From Candidatus Melainabacteria bacterium (lineage in GTDB: Bacteria; Cyanobacteriota; Vampirovibrionia; 2-02-FULL-35-15), in contig JAHFBG010000003.1 of NCBI GenBank assembly GCA_023250155.1, positions 102,040-166,039 on the forward strand: a stretch of 64,000 nucleotides of DNA, written 5' to 3'. Both the position numbers and the translations under genes were made by a program. Positions 50,350 to 58,992 of this stretch are shown piece by piece. The stretch's first letter is position 1. Every line of letters begins with the position of its first letter. The notes beneath the pieces are model-generated. The model searched no databases. It saw nothing but the letters and a program-made list of their open reading frames with translations, and was not told the DNA's origin.

Positions 50350-51066
50350 ATGAATATAAAAAAAGTAGATTTATCTACAGCAGACATAGGAGAGTTGATA
50401 AGAATTGGGAATCAAAATAAACGTAATGTGATTACCGAGAGTTTAAATTTTCTCAGGAGACATCCAAACATCATTACCGGGGTTGGTCTAGGAATAGCAG
50501 CACCATTAGGATTTCTTGGACTAGCGACGGGGCTTGCTGAAGCAAGCCTTGATCTGCCCCCTGTGCGTTCAATGTCTATGTTGCTTCTTAGTCTTGGAAT
50601 AATAGGTGGAACTGACTATATAGATCGTAAATTAGAATCAAATGTTAATTTCTTAGGAGAAGATATTAGAACAACGGATATGACTAAACCTATTAGTGCA
50701 GATGAAGTATTTGAGAAATTAGAAAAAAATAAAAGTTTGCTTGAAAAGATAAAACAATATTATGCATATTATGACAATGAAAATCTATCAAAGAAACTAG
50801 AACAAGAGGAATCACTTGCTAGTGCTGCTCATGACTTGGTACAAAAGCCTAAAGTAAAAGCAGCATTAACTGAAGTCGTTTCTATGACTGGGAGGCTTAA
50901 CGATACACAATCAGATGACAAAACTCAGATTAGAGAATTATGTTTTGAATTAGATAAAAAACTAGACAAGCTATGTGGAGCTTTAGAATTAAATCCAGAT
51001 ATTGAAATTGAAGATGAGCCATATGTTGATCAATGGCAGAAGTCATCTACGGAAATAAAAAAATAA
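50350..51066 (+). CDS. hypothetical membrane protein
   Basis: 238 aa, TM segment GVGLGIAAPLGFLGLATGLA. Confidence 0.45.
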   Translation: MNIKKVDLSTADIGELIRIGNQNKRNVITESLNFLRRHPNIITGVGLGIAAPLGFLGLATGLAEASLDLPPVRSMSMLLLSLGIIGGTDYIDRKLESNVNFLGEDIRTTDMTKPISADEVFEKLEKNKSLLEKIKQYYAYYDNENLSKKLEQEESLASAAHDLVQKPKVKAALTEVVSMTGRLNDTQSDDKTQIRELCFELDKKLDKLCGALELNPDIEIEDEPYVDQWQKSSTEIKK

Positions 51067-51067
51067 T

Positions 51068-51292
51068 TTACTTAGTTATAATTTGTGCATCTAGATTTTT
51101 TAAATAAATAACATAGGGATTATCTAAATCAAATGTTTTCTTAGAGGCTGACAGCACCTCAATACCTTTTACAGTGCCATCAGAAAAATAATCGATAAAT
51201 GTATCTTTGTCTACCTCTTCAGTTTTTACAACCTTACCAGGTTTAAATTCTATATATAAGGTATCGGCTTCTTTATCGTATTCTATTTGCAT
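51068..51292 (-). CDS. DUF2283-family protein (antitoxin-like)
   Basis: MQIEYDKEADTLYIEFKPG...GIEVL typical DUF2283. Confidence 0.7.
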   Translation of the reverse strand: MQIEYDKEADTLYIEFKPGKVVKTEEVDKDTFIDYFSDGTVKGIEVLSASKKTFDLDNPYVIYLKNLDAQIITK

Positions 51293-51297
51293 AATTG

Positions 51298-51552
51298 TTA
51301 CCTGAAATACCTTGTAATCGCTGTAATCACAATTATTTTATCATCTTCTCTAACAAATAAAACTTTAACTTCTTTCTCCCTATAGAATATTCCTTCCCAA
51401 CACCTATTGTATTCAAACACTTTAACAACACTTAGTTTGTTATACCTTTCAACTACTGGCTTTGAACTTTCCAAAGCATCTTTAATTTCACTTAGATCTA
51501 TACCTCTATCATTGGCTCTCTTTAGTACATGTTTAGTAAATTCGAACTGCAT
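51298..51552 (-). CDS. DUF4258-family protein (toxin-like)
   Basis: FTKHVLKRANDRGIDLSEIKDAL....VLFVREDDKIIVITAI typical DUF4258; listed ORF trimmed to Met50. Confidence 0.6.
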   Translation of the reverse strand: MQFEFTKHVLKRANDRGIDLSEIKDALESSKPVVERYNKLSVVKVFEYNRCWEGIFYREKEVKVLFVREDDKIIVITAITRYFR

Positions 51553-51632
51553 AGTTATCGGTATTCTAGTACATGAATTAGAAAAAAACTGTAACCAGGA
51601 GTTACACGAATAATTAAAAAAATAAGAGAGAT

Positions 51633-51782
51633 TGTGTTGATGTGTTGGTGTACTGATGTACTGATGTATTGATGTTATTACGTACTTATATCCACACACA
51701 ATAACAGGATTGAGCTATCAGGATTGAGGAGTGAGCAGAATAAATTCTACTCTCAATTCCCAATCCTCATTCCTCATTCCTC
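51633..51782. repeat. intergenic block of octamer (TNNTGATG)5 and inverted heptamer (AGGATTG / CCTCATT) repeats
   Basis: tgttgatg tgttggtg tactgatg tactgatg tattgatg; then caggattgag...ggattgagga facing ctcaattcccaatcctcattcctcattcctc. Confidence 0.75.
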
Positions 51783-51890
51783 TATATCTTTCCTTAATCA
51801 AGTCCCACACATTGCAGTAAAAAAAATAGTCAGTTATTATTATCGTCAGTTTGTAAAACCAGTGTAAGAGTCAAAGAAAAAAGAGGGAAT

Positions 51891-52514
51891 ATGAAACTAT
51901 CAAATATAGTAGGAGCTACATTAATAGGAGCTACATTAACAACAGCTGGGTGTAATCGTAGTGAAGAGCTTAGAGAAAAAGAACACATAGAACAAGTAAG
52001 AAAAGAGTCAGAAGAACGGCAAGAAGAATGGAAAAAGATTGCAGAGATTCAAGCACACATTAAAAGTGCACTTGTTCAAGGGAAAAAAGAATCTTATTCA
52101 TTAGAGCATTTTAGAGATAAAATTTCTGGAATACATTTATTTGATGGAAATAAAAATAGTATTCTTGAGCTTGAAGAAATAGATCTGTTTATAAAAGTAG
52201 TCATCAATAAAAATAGTGAAACATACACAAAAGAAGGCTTGAAAAAACTACAAGAAATAAGAATGTCGATAGAGAAAGATGGTAATCGTGAATACCAATT
52301 TCGTCCTTTGAACTTTGGCTCTGATGTACGCTGGAGTGGTGCTGAGTTGGATTACAGAACAAGAATAGAGGTAGAAAGACATCAATATACACCTGATAAC
52401 ATAACTCAAACACTTAAAAACATGTCAATTAAATGTAGAGAGTATGAAGAAAAGCTTCGCGAGCAAATAGAATCAGAGATTCAAAAACAAATAAATCAAG
52501 CTTTGAAAAAATAA
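51891..52514 (+). CDS. EF-hand-loop lipoprotein, paralog 1
   Basis: lipobox LTTAGC; FDGNKNSILELEEIDLFIK EF-like loop; C-terminus identical to paralog 3. Confidence 0.6.
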   Translation: MKLSNIVGATLIGATLTTAGCNRSEELREKEHIEQVRKESEERQEEWKKIAEIQAHIKSALVQGKKESYSLEHFRDKISGIHLFDGNKNSILELEEIDLFIKVVINKNSETYTKEGLKKLQEIRMSIEKDGNREYQFRPLNFGSDVRWSGAELDYRTRIEVERHQYTPDNITQTLKNMSIKCREYEEKLREQIESEIQKQINQALKK

Positions 52515-52523
52515 GGGGAATAT

Positions 52524-53015
52524 ATGAACATACTTAAAACAGGAGTACTAGCAACAGCGCTTTCTATGCCATTGATAGGTGCTGGGTGCAATCAAGCTAC
52601 TAATAAAGAGCAAGAAGAGATTGTCGCAGCTAAGCATGAAGGGTTAGCAGAAACCCCATTACCATTAAAAGAACTTAGAAATGTTTCTGATGGTATCCTC
52701 CATTTATTTGATACAAATAAAAATGAAATACTTGATCCTGAGGAAATAGATTTATTTATAAAAGTAGTAATTAATAAAGGCACTGGAAAATATACAGAAG
52801 AAGGACAAAAAAAGTTATGGGACGTAAGATTTCAAATCTATAAACAGGGACGGGGATATGGTAATGGTGGTCCATATCAACCAAATAATATAAAAACTAG
52901 CATTGATAATCTATGGGACAAGGCTGAAGAATATAATACAAAACGACGAGAGCAAATTAATGAAGAAGTAAAACAAGGAATTGAAAAAGAATTAAAAAAT
53001 ACTAAAACAAAATAG
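52524..53015 (+). CDS. EF-hand-loop lipoprotein, paralog 2
   Basis: lipobox LIGAGC; FDTNKNEILDPEEIDLFIK. Confidence 0.6.
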   Translation: MNILKTGVLATALSMPLIGAGCNQATNKEQEEIVAAKHEGLAETPLPLKELRNVSDGILHLFDTNKNEILDPEEIDLFIKVVINKGTGKYTEEGQKKLWDVRFQIYKQGRGYGNGGPYQPNNIKTSIDNLWDKAEEYNTKRREQINEEVKQGIEKELKNTKTK

Positions 53016-53030
53016 CTATAGGAGAAAATC

Positions 53031-53642
53031 ATGAACCTGTCAAAAATAGTAGGAGCTACATTAACAACAGCTGGGTGTTATAGAGGTGAGGAGCTTAAGG
53101 AAAAACAACGCGAAGAACAGAGGTTACAGGAGTTACGAAAACAGGAAGAAAAGGAACAGAAAGAGATTTCAAAGATTCAAGCACACATTGAAAGTGCACT
53201 TGCTCAAAGGAAAAAAGACCCTTATTCATTAAAAAATCTTAGAGATAAAATCCCTGGAATACATTTATTTGATGGAAATAAAAATAATATCCTTGATCTT
53301 GAAGAAATAGATCTATTTATAAAAGCAATAGTCAATAAAAACAGTGAAAAATACACTAAAGAAGGATTAGAAAAACTGCTCGAAGTAAAAGGGCTGATAT
53401 CAAAACAGAGTAGTCGTGAATATCAATTTCGCCGCTTGAATTTTTACTCTGATGAATCTTGGACTGATGGTAATTTGAGTCCCAGAACAAGAATAGAGAC
53501 AGAGCGACATCGTTACACACCTGATAACATAACTCAAACACTTAACAACATGTCAATTAAATGTAGAGAGTATGAAGAAAAGCTTCGCGAGCAAACAGAA
53601 TCAGAGATTCAAAAACAAATAAATCAAGCATTAAAAAAATAA
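53031..53642 (+). CDS. EF-hand-loop lipoprotein, paralog 3
   Basis: lipobox LTTAGC; FDGNKNNILDLEEIDLFIK. Confidence 0.6.
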   Translation: MNLSKIVGATLTTAGCYRGEELKEKQREEQRLQELRKQEEKEQKEISKIQAHIESALAQRKKDPYSLKNLRDKIPGIHLFDGNKNNILDLEEIDLFIKAIVNKNSEKYTKEGLEKLLEVKGLISKQSSREYQFRRLNFYSDESWTDGNLSPRTRIETERHRYTPDNITQTLNNMSIKCREYEEKLREQTESEIQKQINQALKK

Positions 53643-53654
53643 GGAAAAAAAATC

Positions 53655-54182
53655 ATGAACATACTACAAAAAATCTTTTTAGCAGCAGCTTTTACTGCAC
53701 CACTAACGAGCATTGGCTGCAAGAAGAGTGATGATAGAGCTGATTGGCCTACTTCAGAACAATGGCAAAAAGTACGTGAAGATGACAGAAAAAGACGAGC
53801 AGATAGAAGTAGCGAGCTAGCAAAGTCTGTTTATCCACTAGAAAAACTTAGACATGTAGCGCATGGTATACATCTGTTTGATGAAAACAGAAATGAAGTG
53901 CTAGAACCCAATGAAATAGATAGGTTTATAAAGATTCAAATAAATAATGAGACTGATAAATTTACAGAAGAAGGAAAGAAAAAATTCTCAAATATTATAG
54001 ATTCTTTATATAAAGAATCTTGGCTGCCTAATGATGAACTTATTACTGTCAAATATCGTCCTAATAACATAACCAAAACTCTTGAAAACTTTGATGCCAA
54101 GCTTAAGGACTATGATAAAAAATATCTTGATCAAATAGATGCAGAAATTCAAAGCAAAATCAATCGATTAAAAGATCGATAA
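53655..54182 (+). CDS. EF-hand-loop lipoprotein, paralog 4
   Basis: lipobox LTSIGC; FDENRNEVLEPNEIDRFIK. Confidence 0.6.
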   Translation: MNILQKIFLAAAFTAPLTSIGCKKSDDRADWPTSEQWQKVREDDRKRRADRSSELAKSVYPLEKLRHVAHGIHLFDENRNEVLEPNEIDRFIKIQINNETDKFTEEGKKKFSNIIDSLYKESWLPNDELITVKYRPNNITKTLENFDAKLKDYDKKYLDQIDAEIQSKINRLKDR

Positions 54183-54261
54183 ATTTGTAACCAGCGATTA
54201 CAGTTTAATAACAAATACTGTTTTTCATATCTTGACCATGACATAGTATTCTTTTATACTT

Positions 54262-54483
54262 TTGTTCATGATCACCAAGGAACAAGAATATAGAGCTGAA
54301 ATACTTAAGATAGCAGGATTTGCCTTCATTGCCCCATTTGCAAAAATATTTTTAACTCTTCCATTTATAGACTACGGTACAATAGCAATAGATAGCTTGC
54401 TCTATATAATATATATGTTAATGCTTGCAATTGTTGGAATAATATTATTTTTTGATGGCTGTAAGATGATTAGAGAAAGGTAA
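54262..54483 (+). CDS. small membrane protein
   Basis: 73 aa with two TM helices; weak. Confidence 0.3.
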   Translation: MFMITKEQEYRAEILKIAGFAFIAPFAKIFLTLPFIDYGTIAIDSLLYIIYMLMLAIVGIILFFDGCKMIRER

Positions 54484-54603
54484 GAATAAATATGGATTTA
54501 AAAATAATAGTTATGACATTTATGTTTATTTGTATGTTGGGTTTTGCATGGGTTTTAAAATTTGTTCTGGCAAAAGAAGTTCAATCACCTAAAAAGAAAA
54601 AAA

Positions 54604-55059
54604 CTAATATCGAGCATTCTGTAAAGTAACAATTCTAAGTTTTTTTACACCTGAACCAGCAGCAGCATCAAGAACAGCAACTACATGCTTTTGTCTGGAT
54701 TCTTGATCTGCTTTTACTGCAACAGGAATATCTTTTGTACCGGCTTTTTGAAACTCTCTTTTTAATGCATCACTAACAAGTCCTTGAACACGATCTATGG
54801 GCGTTCTTTCATCTGAAACCTTTATACCATTTACTGCAATGAGCCCATCTTTACTGACTTCTACAGTAATAGTTTTATTTCGTTGTTCTGCCCTTCCATG
54901 AGCTGCTACTGGCGGCTCTATTTTCAATGAACTTTGATTTATAAGAGGAGCGATTAGAATCATGATTATAAGCAAGACTAAAAATACATCTGTAAGTGGC
55001 GTAATATTTATTTCGCTAAACGTTTGTCTTCCACCTGAACCACCGCTACCAAATGCCAT
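54604..55059 (-). CDS. exbD: biopolymer transport protein ExbD/TolR
   Basis: INITPLTDVFLVLLIIMIL TM motif, 151 aa. Confidence 0.85.
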   Translation of the reverse strand: MAFGSGGSGGRQTFSEINITPLTDVFLVLLIIMILIAPLINQSSLKIEPPVAAHGRAEQRNKTITVEVSKDGLIAVNGIKVSDERTPIDRVQGLVSDALKREFQKAGTKDIPVAVKADQESRQKHVVAVLDAAAGSGVKKLRIVTLQNARY

Positions 55060-55061
55060 AC

Positions 55062-55751
55062 TTATCTCCTATAACCACCAGAACCTGCTTGCGGACCTTG
55101 TTGTGGGCGATTGGCAATGTTTGAAAAACTTAAAAATAAAAGTTTTAACAATTGAAAATCTTCTTCAAATCTTCTAACAATATTGTTGTAGTAGTTGTTC
55201 ATAATAACTGCAATAATAGCGACGATTAAACCATATCCAGTAGCAATAAGTGCTTTAGCTATTCCTATAACTACTTCCTGTGTTTGACCACCAGATTCAC
55301 CTAATATTTGTAATGTAACAATAACCCCAACTACTGTCCCAAACAATCCTATAAATGGAGCAGTAGCACCGATAGTGCCTAATATAGGTAAGTATTTCTC
55401 TAATTTTCTTCCTACTATATTTACTGTAATATCAAAAGCTCTTGAAAAATCTTCTTTTTCAACCGCAATTAATCTAACACCTTCTTCTGCTACCTCTCCT
55501 ACCACACCACCTAATTGGCTAGCAAGTGCTTGTCCACCCTCAAGATTTCCACGTTCTAGTTCTCTTTGTAACCTTTGAATAAAAGTAGCTACATCTTTTT
55601 TGTTTCTTGCATAATAAAAAAATCTTTCAATTACTACAGCAACTGTTAAAACTGAGCAAATGGTAATTGGCCAAAATGCAAACCAATCTTGAACCATAAA
55701 TGCAAAAAAATATTCTAAAAACTTATTACCATGAGCTGTACTTGCATCCAT
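55062..55751 (-). CDS. exbB: MotA/TolQ/ExbB proton-channel protein
   Basis: three TM helices, IGATAPFIGLFGTVVG motif; 229 aa. Confidence 0.85.
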   Translation of the reverse strand: MDASTAHGNKFLEYFFAFMVQDWFAFWPITICSVLTVAVVIERFFYYARNKKDVATFIQRLQRELERGNLEGGQALASQLGGVVGEVAEEGVRLIAVEKEDFSRAFDITVNIVGRKLEKYLPILGTIGATAPFIGLFGTVVGVIVTLQILGESGGQTQEVVIGIAKALIATGYGLIVAIIAVIMNNYYNNIVRRFEEDFQLLKLLFLSFSNIANRPQQGPQAGSGGYRR

Positions 55752-55793
55752 AAATTTAAAAACCTCATTACAAACTCTAACATATTAAGGACT

Positions 55794-55976
55794 TAGGGTT
55801 GAGGATTGAGGATTTAGCTTTCACAATTTTTTTTAGTAGCAATTATTTTGAACCTAATTTATGAGTACCTAAACATGAGAACAATTTTCCAGTTCTCTGA
55901 TTCTCTGCATCTCTGATTCTCTGTTCTCTTGTTCTCTGTTCTTCTGATCCTCTGACATCTAATTTCTGATCCTCTA
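55794..55976. repeat. intergenic heptamer blocks (TTGAGGA)n and (TTCTCTG)n between exbB and tonB-like
   Basis: gggttgaggattgaggattt at 55794..55816; ttctctgattctctgcatctctgattctctgttctcttgttctctgttcttctgatcctctga at 55892..55976. Confidence 0.75.
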
Positions 55977-57338
55977 GAATTGTCTATAAGATCCACTAGC
56001 ACCAAAAACATTGTAGTCAAAAGTAAATTCAATATCTACTATATTTGGAGCATTTTCTGGGAGTCTTGCAAAAGGTGCAGCAGTTTGAACTGCAAGTAGT
56101 GCAGCTTTGTCAGATGGACCAAACCCACTACCTGTTTTTATCTGTAAGTCTGTAAGTTCCCCACTTCTGTTTATCTTGAATACGACAACTACTCTTTTTG
56201 ATTCATTTCCACGAGGTGGCCTCCAGGAACGTTTTATTCTTCTTTGTAGCTCATTCATATAAGGACCAAAATCTATATCTTTTTTAGCTGCAACACTAGC
56301 TGGTGCAAGCGGACGTGAATTCGGTGGTGGATTACCTACATTTCCTAAACCTCCTACACCACCTATGCCAGGAACTTTAGGTGCTACTGCAATTGCATTA
56401 TTAGTGGATTCTGAGGATGTAGCAGAACCTGGATCAGGTGCTGGTGCTGCAGGCTTTGGTAAATCCTGGGTTTCAGATTGATTATTTTGAATTGGAGCAG
56501 GTTGGGGCTGAGCTTGTGTTATGGCTGGTTGGTTTGATATTTTAGGAACGGGTCTAGGTGCGACTTTTGGTTGTGGTTGTACTACTGGTTGAGGTGCACT
56601 TACCATCTGGGGAACTACTTTTGGAACAGCGCGTGGAGGGCTACTAGGTCTGCTTGGCTGTGCTGGTGAGACTTCTTTTCGTGGATCATGTTTTCCTTGA
56701 TCTCTAGATTGAACAGTAGATCGTCTTTTTGTTTCAGGTGGCGGAGGCTTAGGAGATTCAATCTGAGGAAGTATAAATTCAATTTCAGTAATTTGCTCTC
56801 TGTTTTTAATTGGAATTACAAAAAATAAACTAGTTAGAAATAATAAAATAAATACAATTGAATGAATTATATATGAACTGGCTGTTGATTCTGAAAACTG
56901 AAATATGGTTGAGTCAGTGCTGATAATTTTATAATCATATTTTTGTAGTGCTTTACTGGCATCAAGATATGCATCTGTCATACTATAAATCACAAAACAT
57001 ACAATGGTGATTAGCAAAGAAGTAGAAAATGTACCACCAAACTTTATCGTGTTCATTAAGTACTCAGCAGCAGGAGAAGGTTCAAACTCAAACTTGAAAA
57101 TAAAAGTTAGAAGAAATTTTAAAATCGTTAGAATTATAAGAGAAAACTCCAGTGTCGATATAGGGTGAATAGAAGCATAAATCATGGAAAGACTAATAAA
57201 AGCAGCAACTAAAAACAATATCCCTTTTTTAGTTTTTCCATTATAAAGTTGTCCAATCCCTGGAATGATAGAGTAGAGAGCTATTACAAATGGAGCTGTA
57301 TCAGATTTGTTTTTTCCATCAAATAAAATGCTTGTCAT
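55974..57338 (-). CDS. TonB-like protein with Pro-rich linker and polytopic N-terminal extension
   Basis: C-terminal KRVVVVFKINRSGELTDLQIKTGSGF...LLAVQTAAPFARLP TonB-C-like; Pro/Ala/Gln-rich spacer; N-terminal about 180 aa with 4 TM helices. Confidence 0.6.
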   Translation of the reverse strand: MTSILFDGKNKSDTAPFVIALYSIIPGIGQLYNGKTKKGILFLVAAFISLSMIYASIHPISTLEFSLIILTILKFLLTFIFKFEFEPSPAAEYLMNTIKFGGTFSTSLLITIVCFVIYSMTDAYLDASKALQKYDYKIISTDSTIFQFSESTASSYIIHSIVFILLFLTSLFFVIPIKNREQITEIEFILPQIESPKPPPPETKRRSTVQSRDQGKHDPRKEVSPAQPSRPSSPPRAVPKVVPQMVSAPQPVVQPQPKVAPRPVPKISNQPAITQAQPQPAPIQNNQSETQDLPKPAAPAPDPGSATSSESTNNAIAVAPKVPGIGGVGGLGNVGNPPPNSRPLAPASVAAKKDIDFGPYMNELQRRIKRSWRPPRGNESKRVVVVFKINRSGELTDLQIKTGSGFGPSDKAALLAVQTAAPFARLPENAPNIVDIEFTFDYNVFGASGSYRQF

Positions 57339-57341
57339 ATT

Positions 57342-57908
57342 TTAATCAAACTCTAATTTTAAAGTTTGTCCTTGAGGAATAAATTGTTGATTGGTTTCTG
57401 CGGCATTGGTTGAATTGCTATAAAATATAGCACCTAAAACATTTGATTTTGTTTGCTTATATAATGTTTTGCTTATTTTTGCTGAGACACCGTTTTTTTT
57501 ACCTTCACTTTTTATTTCTAATATTGATTTTGCAGTAAATGCTTCTTTTTCTCCATCTGGTACTAAGTATGAGTCAAAGTAAATAATGTTTTTATTTTCT
57601 TCTTTAGCTAACATTCCTATAAATTGAGTGCCTTTAGGAAGCGCTTTGCCATTAGAGAATTTATATTCAGCTGTAGATAAAGTCGTTATGAGACCAACTG
57701 TATCATTTAAATCAATTTGGTTTTGAAGTATTACTGGAATTACACTTTTTTGAGTGTATTGAGTATAACCATAAACTACAGTACAAGCAACTAATAGAAC
57801 AGAAAGTAGAAAATATAAGGTAGACTTTTTAATAGATTCTTTGCTTGTACTCAGAATGATATTTTTGTCTCCTGCCTCATGCCTCATGCTTCCTGCCTCC
57901 TGCCTCAT
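57342..57908 (-). CDS. hypothetical membrane-anchored protein; 5' end built from heptamer repeats
   Basis: N-terminal MRQEAGSMRHEAG encoded by (GCCTCAT/GCTTCCT)n at 57872..57920; true start may be internal. Confidence 0.45.
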   Translation of the reverse strand: MRQEAGSMRHEAGDKNIILSTSKESIKKSTLYFLLSVLLVACTVVYGYTQYTQKSVIPVILQNQIDLNDTVGLITTLSTAEYKFSNGKALPKGTQFIGMLAKEENKNIIYFDSYLVPDGEKEAFTAKSILEIKSEGKKNGVSAKISKTLYKQTKSNVLGAIFYSNSTNAAETNQQFIPQGQTLKLEFD

Positions 57909-57918
57909 GCTTCCTGCT

Positions 57919-58398
57919 CTATTTCAATTGATAAATAAATTCTATCTCTACTAGTGCATTTAATGGAAGTTCAGAAACACCGATAGCAGATCGCACATGC
58001 TTGCCAAACTCATCTCCAAAAAGAGATACAAGCAAATCAGATGCACCATTTATAACCTTCGGTTGATCTGTGAATCCACTTGAACTATTTACAAAACCAG
58101 TAACCTTAACTACTCGTTTAATTTTGGAAAGGCTTCCTAAGGCTTCTTTAACAGCACTAAGGGAATTTAAAGTAGCTAGCCTGCTTGCTTCATAGCCAGT
58201 TTCAATGGTATTATTTGGACCCATTTTGCCTGTATATAATACTTTTCCATCCTTAAGAGGCAAATTTCCTGATGTGAACAATAAGTCTGAAATAACCAAT
58301 GTTGGAATATAACTTGCAACTGGTTTTGGAGCTTGCGGCAAGGTTAGCCCTAATTCATTTAATTTACTTTCTATATCTATGTTTTTTGTTTCTAGCAT
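57919..58398 (-). CDS. ridA: RidA/YjgF-family enamine/imine deaminase
   Basis: 159 aa, C-terminal ALVEIEFIY, YjgF-like fold signature. Confidence 0.7.
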   Translation of the reverse strand: MLETKNIDIESKLNELGLTLPQAPKPVASYIPTLVISDLLFTSGNLPLKDGKVLYTGKMGPNNTIETGYEASRLATLNSLSAVKEALGSLSKIKRVVKVTGFVNSSSGFTDQPKVINGASDLLVSLFGDEFGKHVRSAIGVSELPLNALVEIEFIYQLK

Positions 58399-58471
58399 CT
58401 TTATTCTCCTTTTAATTATAGATGTAACTAGTTTACCTTATTTTAAACAAATTGGGATCTGTTAGTTTTTT

Positions 58472-58597
58472 AGAATACAAAAAGCATCTTACACTCCGTA
58501 TTGCCTTTCCTCAACCCCTCCGACCATTAACTAGACGTTAACAGTTCCCGTCAGGGCATTCGGAAACGGCAATACTACATTGTGCTTTTTGTATCCA
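58472..58597. other. about 125-nt imperfect inverted-repeat element / candidate structured RNA
   Basis: 5' arm aatacaaaaagca...gtattgcctttcc pairs with 3' arm ggaaacggcaatac...tgctttttgtat enclosing a GC-richer 50-nt core with GTTAAC and CCCGTCAGGG. Confidence 0.4.
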
Positions 58598-58992
58598 GTT
58601 CATTCTCATAAGTTTATACATTGTTTAAAAGTGTGTCCCCAAGAGCTAGTATCTCAATCATTTGTTGTAGGAATTTCTTCCCGTTTTCTCTAAAAGTCTC
58701 AACTTATTGAAAAATCAATACTCCAGAGAATTATCTTTTGTGCCGATTAAATAATATAGGTTTTTACTCAATAAAACTATTCATACTTTTTTTATTGAAT
58801 AAAAGACCTTTAACGAAAAGGGCAAACCACAAGTAATTGTGGGACGCAAAGCCACAAGTCCTTTAAAATCCAAGGGCCAATAAAACATTGCATGTTTATA
58901 TAGCTAGTTTGTTCAATTCTGTTTGGACAAATAAGCGATTAAAACAATGCTGGCTAGGGTGATGATAGAGGATGGTTGGGTTACCGAATTAA

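Noticed and set aside
58400-58990. tRNA gene in the long ORF-free region
   Set aside because: No T-loop GGTTCGA/CCA-end cloverleaf features were found. The structure present is a long inverted repeat instead.
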